Below are positions 1-8,317 of a DNA stretch of 21,569 nucleotides, one piece after another. Positions within the stretch are counted from its first letter, which is position 1. Every line of letters begins with the position of its first letter. Both the position numbers and the translations under genes were made by a program. The DNA comes from a virus (Duplodnaviria; Heunggongvirae; Uroviricota; Caudoviricetes), in IMG/VR virus record IMGVR_UViG_3300028995_000043; one strand, 5' to 3'. Below the pieces are notes generated by a model that saw only the letters and a program-made list of their open reading frames with translations, was not told the DNA's origin and did no database searches.

Positions 1-293
1 CATTGAATGAATGGAGATTTACCCAAAAACATTTCGGGCGGGATCGAGTATACACAACTAAAGCATGCGAATTACGGTGTGGGGAATTAGCGATGGGGTT
101 TTAGGATAATTGGAATGAATATCAAATATAAGTTTCAACTTATATATAAATAAGATTAAAAATCAAAAAGTTAAAATAGAATTAAAAATAATCAATCTAC
201 GTATTTTCCGAAATCAATCACGATTAAAAATTTATTTTAGGATTAACCTCACGGCATGATTTCCGTTAAATCACAGACAAGGGGATTTATCTG

Positions 294-322
294 ATAAAAA
301 AATGCCGACATAACGTCGGCAT
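294..322 (-). terminator. Rho-independent terminator downstream of pgi
   Basis: Inverted repeat atgccgac/gtcggcat (302-309 / 315-322); on the minus strand the stem is followed by a run of 7 U (complement of the A-run at 294-300). Lies ~130 nt past the pgi stop. Confidence 0.6.
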
Positions 323-394
323 TGTTATTAAGGTTATTTAATCAATCGTGCTATGTATTAATTGCCGAATACGATGTACATATCGGCATCGGTT

Positions 395-428
395 GCCGGA
401 TGCGGCGTGAACGCCTTATCCGGCCTAC
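395..428. repeat. REP (repetitive extragenic palindromic) element
   Basis: Sequence gccggatgcggcgtgaacgccttatccggcctac matches the canonical E. coli REP consensus as recalled; a second degenerate palindrome (tgccgaat...atcggca) lies just upstream at ~363-390. Confidence 0.75.
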
Positions 429-454
429 ATAGCGGCATCAGGCATGAACGATGA

Positions 455-2104
455 TTAACCGCGCCACGCTTTATAGCGGTTAATCAGACCATTGGTCGAG
501 CTATCGTGGCTGCTGATTTCTTTATCATCTTTCAGCTCTGGCAGAATACGGTTTGCCAGTTGTTTACCCAGCTCCACGCCCCACTGGTCGAAGGTGAAGA
601 TGTTCAGGATCACGCCCTGAGTAAAGATTTTGTGCTCATACAGCGCAATCAACGCCCCCAGGCTGAACGGAGTGATTTCGCGCAGCAGGATGGAGTTGGT
701 CGGGCGGTTACCTTCGAACACTTTGAACGGCACCACGTAGTCAAGCGTTGCCGGATCTTTACCCTGATCGCGATATTCCTGCTCAACCACTTCGCGGGAT
801 TTACCAAACGCCAGCGCTTCGGTCTGGGCGAAGAAGTTAGACAGCAGTTTCTGGTGGTGATCAGAGAGCGGGTTATGGGTGATAGCCGGGGCGATGAAAT
901 CGCACGGTACCATTTTGGTTCCCTGGTGGATCAGCTGGTAGAACGCGTGCTGACCGTTAGTGCCTGGTTCACCCCAGATAATCGGGCCAGTCTGGTAATC
1001 CACAACGTTACCGTTACGGTCAACATACTTACCGTTGGACTCCATATTGCCCTGCTGGAAGTACGCCGCGAAACGGTGCATATACTGGTCATACGGCAGA
1101 ATCGCTTCAGTTTCCGCACCAAAGAAATTGTTGTACCAGATGCCAATCAGCGCCAGCAGGACAGGCAGGTTTTTCTCGGCAGGCGTGGTGGAGAAATGCT
1201 TGTCCATTGCGTGTGCGCCAGAAAGCAGTTCAACGAAGTTATCAAAGCCGATGGAGAGAACAATCGACAGGCCAATCGCTGACCACAAAGAGTAACGGCC
1301 GCCGACCCAGTCCCAGAACTCGAACATGTTGGCAGTATCAATACCAAACTCGCCAACGGCTTTGGCATTGGTGGAAAGCGCCGCAAAGTGTTTTGCAACG
1401 TGTTTTTCATCACCTGCCGCTTTCAGGAACCAGTCACGCGCGCTATGGGCGTTGGTCATAGTTTCCTGAGTGGTGAAGGTTTTAGATGCTACCAGGAACA
1501 GCGTGGTTTCCGGGTTTACTTTTTTCAGCACTTCAGCGATGTGAGTCCCATCGACGTTAGAAACAAAGTGCATGTTCAGGTGATTTTTGTACGGACGCAG
1601 TGCTTCGGTCACCATGTACGGGCCGAGGTCAGAACCACCGATCCCGATGTTCACTACGTCAGTGATTGCTTTGCCGGTATAACCCTTCCACTCACCGGAG
1701 ATAATCGCTTCCGAGAAGGTTTTCATCTTCTCCAGCACCGCGTTGACTTCCGGCATTACGTCTTTGCCATCAACCAGAATCGGGGTATTGCTACGGTTAC
1801 GCAGCGCTACGTGCAGCACGGCGCGGTTTTCAGTGCGGTTGATCTTCTCGCCAGAGAACATCGACTTAATCGCGCCCGCCAGATCGCACTCTTTCGCCAG
1901 ATCCTGTAATTTCGCCAGCGTCTCTTCAGTGATGCGGTTTTTGGAGTAATCCACCAGCATCTGATCGTCGAAGGTTGCGGAGAACTTAGAAAAACGATCG
2001 CCGTCTTTAGCAAAAAGATCGGCGATCGTAACGTCTTTCATTTCATCGAAGTGTTTCTGTAGTGCCTGCCAGGCAGCGGTCTGCGTTGGATTGATGTTTT
2101 TCAT
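455..2104 (-). CDS. pgi: Glucose-6-phosphate isomerase
   Basis: Translation ([24 protein letters not shown]... ending ...NRYKAWRG) matches E. coli Pgi as recalled, 549 aa. Start placed at the second in-frame ATG (2104), not the first at 2110, to match the known N-terminus. Confidence 0.97.
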
Positions 2105-2287
2105 TAGCAATACTCTTCTGATTTTGAGAATTGTGACTTTGGAAGATTGTAGCGCCAGTCACAGAAAAATGTGATGGTTTTAGTGCCGTTAGCGTAATGT
2201 TGAGTGTAAACCCTTAGCGCAGTGAAGCATTTATTAGCTGAACTACTGACCGCCAGGAGTGGATGAAAAATCCGCATGACCCCGTCG

Positions 2288-2317
2288 TTGACAACCGCCC
2301 CGCTCACCCTTTATTTA
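2288..2317 (+). promoter_or_regulatory. Putative sigma70 promoter of lysC
   Basis: Perfect TTGACA at 2288-2293, followed after ~18 bp by an AT-rich -10-like hexamer (tattta region, 2311-2317). Located ~310 nt upstream of the lysC ATG, consistent with a long leader. Confidence 0.4.
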
Positions 2318-2344
2318 TAAATGTACTACCTGCGCTAGCGCAGG

Positions 2345-2620
2345 CCAGAAGAGGCGCGTTGCCCAAGTAACGGTGTTGGAGGAGCCAGTCCTGTGATAAC
2401 ACCTGAGGGGGTGCATCGCCGAGGTGATTGAACGGCTGGCCACGTTCATCATCGGCTACAGGGGCTGAATCCCCTGGGTTGTCACCAGAAGCGTTCGCAG
2501 TCGGGCGTTTCGCAAGTGGTGGAGCACTTCTGGGTGAAAATAGTAGCGAAGTATCGCTCTGCGCCCACCCGTCTTCCGCTCTTCCCTTGTGCCAAGGCTG
2601 AAAATGGATCCCCTGACACG
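2345..2620 (+). promoter_or_regulatory. Lysine riboswitch (L-box) in the lysC 5' leader
   Basis: Long structured GC-rich leader beginning agaagaggcgcg..., with the ggaggagccagtcctgtgataacacctgagggggtgcatcgccgaggtgattgaacgg core characteristic of the lysC leader; directly precedes the lysC RBS and ATG at 2629. E. coli lysC is a known lysine-riboswitch-controlled gene. Confidence 0.8.
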
Positions 2621-2628
2621 AGGTAGTT

Positions 2629-3978
2629 ATGTCTGAAATTGTTGTCTCCAAATTTGGCGGTACCAGCGTAGCTGATTTTGACGCCATGAACCGCAGCGCT
2701 GATATTGTGCTTTCTGATGCCAACGTGCGTTTAGTAGTCCTCTCGGCTTCTGCTGGTATCACTAATCTGCTGGTCGCTTTAGCGGAAGGGCTGGAACCTG
2801 GCGAGCGATTCGAAAAACTCGACGCTATTCGCAACATCCAGTTTGCCATTCTGGAACGTCTGCGTTACCCGAACGTTATCCGTGAAGAGATTGAACGTCT
2901 GCTGGAGAACATTACTGTTCTGGCAGAAGCGGCGGCGCTGGCAACGTCTCCGGCGCTGACAGATGAGCTGGTCAGCCACGGCGAGCTGATGTCGACCCTG
3001 CTGTTTGTCGAAATCCTGCGCGAACGCGATGTTCAGGCACAGTGGTTTGATGTACGTAAAGTGATGCGTACCAACGACCGATTTGGTCGTGCAGAGCCAG
3101 ATGTAGCCGCGCTGGCGGAACTGGCCGCGCTGCAGCTGCTCCCACGCCTCAATGACGGCTTAGTGATCACCCAGGGATTTATCGGTAGCGAAAATAAAGG
3201 TCGTACAACGACGCTTGGCCGTGGAGGCAGCGATTATACGGCAGCCTTGCTGGCGGAGGCTTTACACGCATCTCGTGTTGATATCTGGACCGACGTCCCG
3301 GGCATCTACACCACCGATCCACGCGTAGTTTCCGCAGCAAAACGCATTGATGAAATCGCGTTTGCCGAAGCGGCAGAGATGGCAACTTTTGGTGCAAAAG
3401 TACTGCATCCGGCAACGTTGCTACCCGCAGTACGCAGCGATATCCCGGTCTTTGTCGGCTCCAGCAAAGACCCACGCGCAGGTGGTACGCTGGTGTGCAA
3501 TAAAACTGAAAATCCGCCGCTGTTCCGCGCGCTGGCGCTTCGTCGCAATCAGACTCTGCTCACTTTGCACAGCCTGAATATGCTGCATTCTCGCGGCTTC
3601 CTCGCGGAAGTTTTCGGCATCCTCGCGCGGCATAATATTTCGGTAGACTTAATCACCACGTCAGAAGTGAGCGTGGCATTAACCCTTGATACCACCGGTT
3701 CAACCTCCACTGGCGATACGTTGCTGACGCAATCTCTGCTGATGGAGCTTTCCGCACTGTGCCGGGTGGAAGTAGAAGAAGGTCTGGCGCTGGTCGCGTT
3801 GATTGGCAATGACCTGTCAAAAGCCTGCGGCGTTGGCAAAGAGGTATTCGGCGTACTGGAACCGTTCAACATTCGCATGATTTGTTACGGCGCATCCAGC
3901 CATAACCTGTGCTTCCTGGTGCCAGGCGAAGATGCCGAGCAGGTGGTGCAGAAGCTGCATTTTAATTTGTTTGAGTAA
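2629..3978 (+). CDS. lysC: Lysine-sensitive aspartokinase III
   Basis: 449-aa translation (MSEIVVSKFGGTSVADFDAMNRSADIVLSD... C-terminal ACT region) matches E. coli LysC as recalled; divergent from pgi as at the E. coli locus. Confidence 0.97.
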   Translation: MSEIVVSKFGGTSVADFDAMNRSADIVLSDANVRLVVLSASAGITNLLVALAEGLEPGERFEKLDAIRNIQFAILERLRYPNVIREEIERLLENITVLAEAAALATSPALTDELVSHGELMSTLLFVEILRERDVQAQWFDVRKVMRTNDRFGRAEPDVAALAELAALQLLPRLNDGLVITQGFIGSENKGRTTTLGRGGSDYTAALLAEALHASRVDIWTDVPGIYTTDPRVVSAAKRIDEIAFAEAAEMATFGAKVLHPATLLPAVRSDIPVFVGSSKDPRAGGTLVCNKTENPPLFRALALRRNQTLLTLHSLNMLHSRGFLAEVFGILARHNISVDLITTSEVSVALTLDTTGSTSTGDTLLTQSLLMELSALCRVEVEEGLALVALIGNDLSKACGVGKEVFGVLEPFNIRMICYGASSHNLCFLVPGEDAEQVVQKLHFNLFE

Positions 3979-3990
3979 ACGATCAGTAGA

Positions 3991-4020
3991 GGTGAATAGC
4001 GACCCACGACGCTATTCACC
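3991..4020. terminator. Stem-loop between convergent lysC and Mor-like gene (putative bidirectional terminator)
   Basis: Perfect 10-11 bp inverted repeat ggtgaatagc(g) / (c)gctattcacc with an ~8-nt loop, 13 nt after the lysC stop; no clear U-tract on either strand. Confidence 0.4.
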
Positions 4021-4032
4021 ATGCCGGTTCAA

Positions 4033-4380
4033 TTACGAATTACTGCGGCGCTGTTGCTTTTCCGCATGTACGCGTTTCACTATCTTATAAATCCATTGCA
4101 GCGTCAGATTATATTTCTTCGCTAATTCGGCGTAGTTGCGCCCATCGCACTCGCTATAGATTTGGTAGTCACGCTCCGACGCCCGTCCGGAGATCCCTTT
4201 TGGGAAATAAATGCTTTGCCCGCCCCAGTTGCGCATCATTCGGTCGGCAATGGCAAAGCCCACATTTTCCGCCGATGAACTGTCGAGATTGATGCTTTCA
4301 ATCAGAACTTGCGATGCATGAAAAGCCAGGTCGTTAATGATCTCCGGTGTCCGGACCATCTCTTTTGATTTTCGTATCAT
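4033..4380 (-). CDS. Mor/C-family transcriptional activator (phage Mu middle-operon-regulator-like)
   Basis: 115-aa product with motifs GGQSIYFPKG, IYSECDGRNYAELAKKYNLT and YKIVKR that align with the C-terminal dimerisation/HTH region of Mu Mor as recalled; GGAG Shine-Dalgarno 8 nt before the ATG. Confidence 0.8.
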   Translation of the reverse strand: MIRKSKEMVRTPEIINDLAFHASQVLIESINLDSSSAENVGFAIADRMMRNWGGQSIYFPKGISGRASERDYQIYSECDGRNYAELAKKYNLTLQWIYKIVKRVHAEKQQRRSNS

Positions 4381-4545
4381 TTTTCATCTCCATATATCTT
4401 GCATCCTGAATAAGACCCGATGCGTGTAAAACCACGGATATACGCTAAGCAGTTGTCATTACTGCTACTCAATACATTCAACAAACAAATAAACAATCAC
4501 CAGAAATATAAATTCTTAATATTAATGAACGCATAAATTCACTAA

Positions 4546-4579
4546 ATAAATATATTGTTTGCGTTATGTTTCTTGTCAA
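4546..4579 (-). promoter_or_regulatory. Putative sigma70 promoter for the Mor-like gene
   Basis: Perfect -35 TTGACA on the minus strand (plus coordinates 4574-4579), followed by an AT-rich -10-like hexamer (TATATT/AATATA) at a 17-19 bp spacing; ~160 nt upstream of the Mor-like start. Confidence 0.3.
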
Positions 4580-4600
4580 CAGGAGTATCATTTTACACGA

Positions 4601-4620
4601 TACTGTATGCACATACAGTA
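4601..4620. promoter_or_regulatory. LexA binding site (SOS box)
   Basis: tactgtatgcacatacagta matches TACTG(TA)5CAGTA at both CTGT/ACAG half-sites and both flanking TA pairs, with 3 mismatches confined to the central spacer. The box is bracketed by the 8-bp inverted repeat ttttacac (4591-4598) / gtgtaaaa (4636-4643). Confidence 0.8.
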
Positions 4621-4916
4621 TTATTTTTACCTGTAGTGTAAAAAGATCGTTTCCCTCACAGTCGCTGACTTTCTTAAACAAACTTTAAAAATCAAATAAC
4701 TACTGACTATTCCTACGATTCACCATCATCTTTTCCCTGCATAATGACGCGCTTATTCGCGAGGTCACCTTTTGCTCTTTAATTGCTGAGTGGATTTATT
4801 AGCGGGCATGTTCATTTATAGAGAATCTATTTTTTAAAGTTATTTATTAAAGCTTTTTTCATTCTTCACTGGCGGGTTCTGGCGACACTAAACGCTCACT
4901 TATCAGGAGATACCGT

Positions 4917-5204
4917 ATGAAAAAAGTCACTCTTCCCCGGCTTTCCGGTTGGCTGGTCGCTTCCGTCGCGCTGTTTGTCGTGATCGGCTGGACCTCTTCA
5001 GCACAGATCCCGGTCGTCATTTATAAACTAAGCCTGGTTTCGCTTTCCGCGGTGCTGGGATACTGGCTCGATCGCAGTTTGTTCCCATGGGCACGGCCTG
5101 ACTCTTTTAGCCCATGGAAGGAACCGCGTTGCTGCGCGGCGGCAATGATTCGCCGCGCCATCATCGTTGCCGCCGTCTGTCTTTCCGTCGCCTTAGGGCT
5201 ATAG
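4917..5204 (+). CDS. Holin-like small membrane protein (putative)
   Basis: 95-aa product with three hydrophobic helices (SGWLVASVALFVVIGW, IPVVIYKLSLVSLSAVLGYWL, AIIVAAVCLSVALGL); strong AGGAG Shine-Dalgarno; stop overlaps the start of the downstream transglycosylase gene; first gene of the lysis/tail operon. Confidence 0.5.
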   Translation: MKKVTLPRLSGWLVASVALFVVIGWTSSAQIPVVIYKLSLVSLSAVLGYWLDRSLFPWARPDSFSPWKEPRCCAAAMIRRAIIVAAVCLSVALGL

Positions 5205-5206
5205 TG

Positions 5207-5812
5207 ATGTGGCTGAAATATATCGCGTCTATGATTATTTTCGTTCTTTTCCCTCTTAACGCCTCTGAACCGCCGCGAGCCTCTCTGGCATGGCGAAACG
5301 AACTAATTCGTACCGCTCGAGAAGTCTGGGGACTGAACGCCCCAGTGGCCGACTTTGCCGGGCAATTACACCAGGAGTCCGCCTGGCAGCCAATGGTACG
5401 TTCCCCCGTTGGCGCACAAGGCATGGCGCAATTTATGCCTGCCACAGCGACATGGATAAGCCTGTTGTATCCGCAGCTACGTGAAAATAAGCCCTATAAC
5501 CCAACCTGGGCGATTCGCGCACTGGTGCAATATGACCAGCATTTGTGGAAAAACATCTCAGCGAAAAATGATTGTCAGCGTATGGCGTTTACCCTAAGCG
5601 CCTATAACGGCGGTCAGGGATGGGTTAACCGGGATAAAAAACTGGCTGCATCCAAAGGGTTAGATGCCACTAGCTGGTTTGGTCATGTCGAGCGAGTCAA
5701 CGCCGGGCGCAGCGCCACGAACTGGCGAGAAAATCGTCGCTATCCGAAGATGATCCTCTATCAACATGCCGCCCGCTACCTACTCTGGGGGCAGGCAAGC
5801 TGTCTTCATTAA
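5207..5812 (+). CDS. Lytic transglycosylase (SLT domain) endolysin with N-terminal signal/SAR segment
   Basis: Motifs QLHQESAWQP (catalytic E-S), GAQGMAQFMPATA and AYNGGQGW typical of family-1 lytic transglycosylases; hydrophobic N-terminus MWLKYIASMIIFVLFPLNA. Start chosen at ATG 5207 (GTG 5204 also in frame) rather than the ORF-track start at 5114, which overlaps the holin-like gene. Confidence 0.8.
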   Translation: MWLKYIASMIIFVLFPLNASEPPRASLAWRNELIRTAREVWGLNAPVADFAGQLHQESAWQPMVRSPVGAQGMAQFMPATATWISLLYPQLRENKPYNPTWAIRALVQYDQHLWKNISAKNDCQRMAFTLSAYNGGQGWVNRDKKLAASKGLDATSWFGHVERVNAGRSATNWRENRRYPKMILYQHAARYLLWGQASCLH

Positions 5813-5824
5813 TCAGAGGGGCCG

Positions 5825-6139
5825 ATGAAACTCAGTATCGATTTTTGGGAAGTGATCTCCCTTATGCTTTCCTTCGTTGGATTAATGTTTGCTGCCGGAA
5901 AATTGCTGTTAGCGCAAATTGAAAAAAGACTTAATGAGCGTTTTGAATCTCTGGAAAACGCGCGCCGGGAATCAGAAACAAGTTGGTCGAAACTGGAAAG
6001 AGAATTTCTCGAATTTCGTGCCGAGCTTCCGCTGCATTATGTCCGCAGAGAAGATTATCTTCGTGGCCAGGCAGTATTAGAAGCAAAGCTGGATGCCTTA
6101 TATAGCAAAATAGAGCTATTACAACGCGGTAGCTATTAA
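5825..6139 (+). CDS. Spanin-like protein (i-spanin/Rz-like: N-terminal TM plus coiled coil)
   Basis: 104 aa; N-terminal hydrophobic helix (VISLMLSFVGLMFAAG) followed by a charged, heptad-like helical region; GAGGGG Shine-Dalgarno; sits immediately after the endolysin gene. Confidence 0.45.
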   Translation: MKLSIDFWEVISLMLSFVGLMFAAGKLLLAQIEKRLNERFESLENARRESETSWSKLEREFLEFRAELPLHYVRREDYLRGQAVLEAKLDALYSKIELLQRGSY

Positions 6140-6256
6140 ATTCAATTTTTTCTCTAAAGCAGATTAAAAGATTCTCCACCTTCATTACGTCAGAATACAT
6201 TTCAACGATAACGAAGTGAGCGTTAACGAATCAGCGATAATTAAGGAACACCCTAT

Positions 6257-6712
6257 ATGGAAATTTTATCAGTAATGAATTCTGTTGTGACCAGATTACG
6301 TGAACAGAATCCCGAAATGGATGTATCTATTTCATCGGTTGATACCCATAAATATATTCCGCAGACGCAGCAAGTTACAGTGATTATTAATTATAGCGGT
6401 TCTCTATTTGCCATGCCTGAAAGCAGTGATGCTCTCGTGCAACAGCAAACGCTCCGCTTAACCGCCACCGTTATTGTTGGCAAAAATTGTGATGCGTTAA
6501 ACGCACTGGACCGCATACGCAGCGCATTGGGTGGCCTTCAGCTTCCTGATTGCGATCGTCTTCTTTGGCTTGAAAAAGAAATTAATACGGGTGAGAGCGG
6601 CGGTTTCTGCCGCTACATCCTGGAAATGGCGACCAGCTCGCTGTTTATCGCTGAACAGGAAACCACGGATCTTCCCCTACTTACGGAAGTTAATTACGAG
6701 GAAACTGAATGA
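6257..6712 (+). CDS. Hypothetical protein upstream of the sheath gene (possible tail completion/terminator role by position)
   Basis: 151-aa ORF with good AAGGAA Shine-Dalgarno, translationally coupled to the next gene (ATGA overlap); function inferred only from position in a Mu-like tail module. Confidence 0.55.
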   Translation: MEILSVMNSVVTRLREQNPEMDVSISSVDTHKYIPQTQQVTVIINYSGSLFAMPESSDALVQQQTLRLTATVIVGKNCDALNALDRIRSALGGLQLPDCDRLLWLEKEINTGESGGFCRYILEMATSSLFIAEQETTDLPLLTEVNYEETE

Positions 6713-6906
6713 AATACATCTACAACGGCCCGGCAAGCGGCGTCACCCTTGCCGACGGACAAGAAATCTTATTGTGGCCGAACAGTGAAATTGATCTGCC
6801 AGAAGACAACGAGTGGGTCATGACCATGATTGCCCGCAATCACCTGACTTCTGTCATCACTCAGGAAGAACAAAATAACGGAGAGGAAATTGTACATGGC
6901 AGCTAA
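6709..6906 (+). CDS. Small hypothetical protein conserved upstream of the sheath gene (putative)
   Basis: 65-aa ORF whose start overlaps the preceding stop and whose 3' end overlaps the sheath start; acidic C-terminus. Confidence 0.45.
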   Translation: MKYIYNGPASGVTLADGQEILLWPNSEIDLPEDNEWVMTMIARNHLTSVITQEEQNNGEEIVHGS

Positions 6907-8317
6907 TTATCTGCACGGTGTAGAAACCATTGAAATTGAAACCGGCCCGCGTCCCGTTAAAGCGGTAAAATCCGCCGTCATCGCTTTAATCGGTACGGCC
7001 CCCTGTGGTCCGGTAAATAAACCAACATTATGCCTTTCTGAAAGCGATGCTGCGCAGTTTGGCTCAACTCAGGCTAACTTTACGATCCCACAGGCGCTGA
7101 AGGCGATTTATGACCACGGTGCCGGTACGGTGGTGGTAATTAATGTGCTGGATCCGGTAAAACATGGACTGCATGTTGCCAATGAAACCATTACGTTCAA
7201 TAGTGCCGATAAAGCTAAATTAGCTCATCCGGGAGTAAGTTCAGTAATATTAAGACCAGGTACCAGTTCCACTACGTACAAAAATACATCTTACAATGTT
7301 AATGCCGCAGATGGCGTTATAACCCGTACCGGAACTGAAATCCCGGCAGGGGCGAAGGTTTACGCGACGTATACCTATGTTGATCCTACAAAGGTCACCG
7401 CAGCCGATATTATCGGTGCCGTAAATACCGCAGGCGACCGCACAGGGATGAAACTCCTTCAGGACACCTATAACCTGTATGGTTTCTACGCCAAAATCCT
7501 GCTTGCTCCCGTGTTCTGTACGCAAAAATCAGTAACTACCGAGCTGATTGCACAAGCGGAAAAACTCGGTGCGATTACCTACATTGATGCCCCGATTGGG
7601 ACGACATTCCAGCAGGTATTGGCAGGACGCAGTTCGCAAGGCGCTATCAACTTCAATACCAGCTCTGATCGTGCGCGTTTATGTTACCCACACGTCAAAG
7701 TTTACGATGGCATCACTAACCAGGAAGTTCTCGAACCGCTCTCTTCGCGCGCTGCCGGGCTACGTGCCAAAGTAGACCTCGAAAAAGGTTTCTGGTGGAG
7801 CAACTCAAACCAGGAAATTCAGGGTATTACCGGTATTGAACGTTCGCTTTCCGCAATGATTGATGATCCTCAAAGCGAAGTGAATCAGCTCAACGAAAAC
7901 GGCATTACCACTATTTTCAATAGTTACGGCTCTGGTCTGCGCTTGTGGGGCAACCGCACAGCGGCATGGCCTACCGTGACCCATATGCGTAACTTTGAAA
8001 ACGTCCGCCGGACAGGCGATGTAATTAATGAGTCAATCCGTTATTTCAGTCAGCAGTATATTGATATGCCGATTAATCAGGCGCTGATTGATGCCCTGAC
8101 CGAATCAGTAAATACCTGGGGCCGTAAGCTGATTGCCGACGGCGCACTGCTTGGCTTTGAGTGCTGGTACGATCCGGCGCGAAATTCACCGACTGAACTC
8201 AGCGCTGGGCATTTATTGCTTAGCTATAAATTCACCCCGCCGCCGCCGCTGGAACGTCTGACGTTTGAAACTGAAATTACTTCTGAATATTTAGTCTCTC
8301 TGGAGAGCAATAGCTAA
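6896..8317 (+). CDS. Contractile tail sheath protein
   Basis: N-terminus MAANYLHGVETIEIETGPRPV and C-terminus LLLSYKFTPPPPLERLTFETEITSEYL resemble P2 FI / Mu L sheath proteins as recalled. ATG at 6896 preferred over the TTG at 6890 (GGAGAGGA Shine-Dalgarno 6-8 nt upstream). Confidence 0.9.
   Translation: MAANYLHGVETIEIETGPRPVKAVKSAVIALIGTAPCGPVNKPTLCLSESDAAQFGSTQANFTIPQALKAIYDHGAGTVVVINVLDPVKHGLHVANETITFNSADKAKLAHPGVSSVILRPGTSSTTYKNTSYNVNAADGVITRTGTEIPAGAKVYATYTYVDPTKVTAADIIGAVNTAGDRTGMKLLQDTYNLYGFYAKILLAPVFCTQKSVTTELIAQAEKLGAITYIDAPIGTTFQQVLAGRSSQGAINFNTSSDRARLCYPHVKVYDGITNQEVLEPLSSRAAGLRAKVDLEKGFWWSNSNQEIQGITGIERSLSAMIDDPQSEVNQLNENGITTIFNSYGSGLRLWGNRTAAWPTVTHMRNFENVRRTGDVINESIRYFSQQYIDMPINQALIDALTESVNTWGRKLIADGALLGFECWYDPARNSPTELSAGHLLLSYKFTPPPPLERLTFETEITSEYLVSLESNS

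Noticed and set aside
1-293. Very AT-rich segment at the window start considered as possible horizontally acquired DNA or a small gene
   Set aside because: No ORF with a start context; it is plausibly the intergenic/promoter region of the next core gene beyond the window (yjbE in K-12 as recalled), so ordinary.
506-1909. Plus-strand ORFs (258 aa at 506-1282, 173 aa at 1388-1909 and others) inside the pgi locus
   Set aside because: They lie antisense to a gene whose product matches Pgi throughout; these are shadow ORFs typical of GC-rich coding DNA, with no ribosome binding sites.
2304-2849. 181-aa minus-strand ORF spanning the lysC leader and start
   Set aside because: It overlaps the riboswitch and the 5' end of lysC on the opposite strand; the Ala/Ser/Pro-rich translation is typical of antisense reading of structured GC-rich sequence.
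3979-4032. Search for a tRNA gene or integrase marking the island boundary
   Set aside because: The 54-bp junction contains only a hairpin; no tRNA-like cloverleaf sequence or integrase ORF was found anywhere in the window.
4478-4681. 67-aa minus-strand ORF in the AT-rich control region
   Set aside because: It covers the LexA box and promoter elements, has low-complexity composition and no Shine-Dalgarno; more likely regulatory DNA than coding.
5114-5206. Upstream extension of the transglycosylase ORF to an ATG at 5114
   Set aside because: It would overlap the holin-like gene by 90 nt in another frame and add an Arg-rich N-terminus ahead of the signal-like segment; the ATG at 5207 (or GTG at 5204) right after the holin stop fits a coupled start better.
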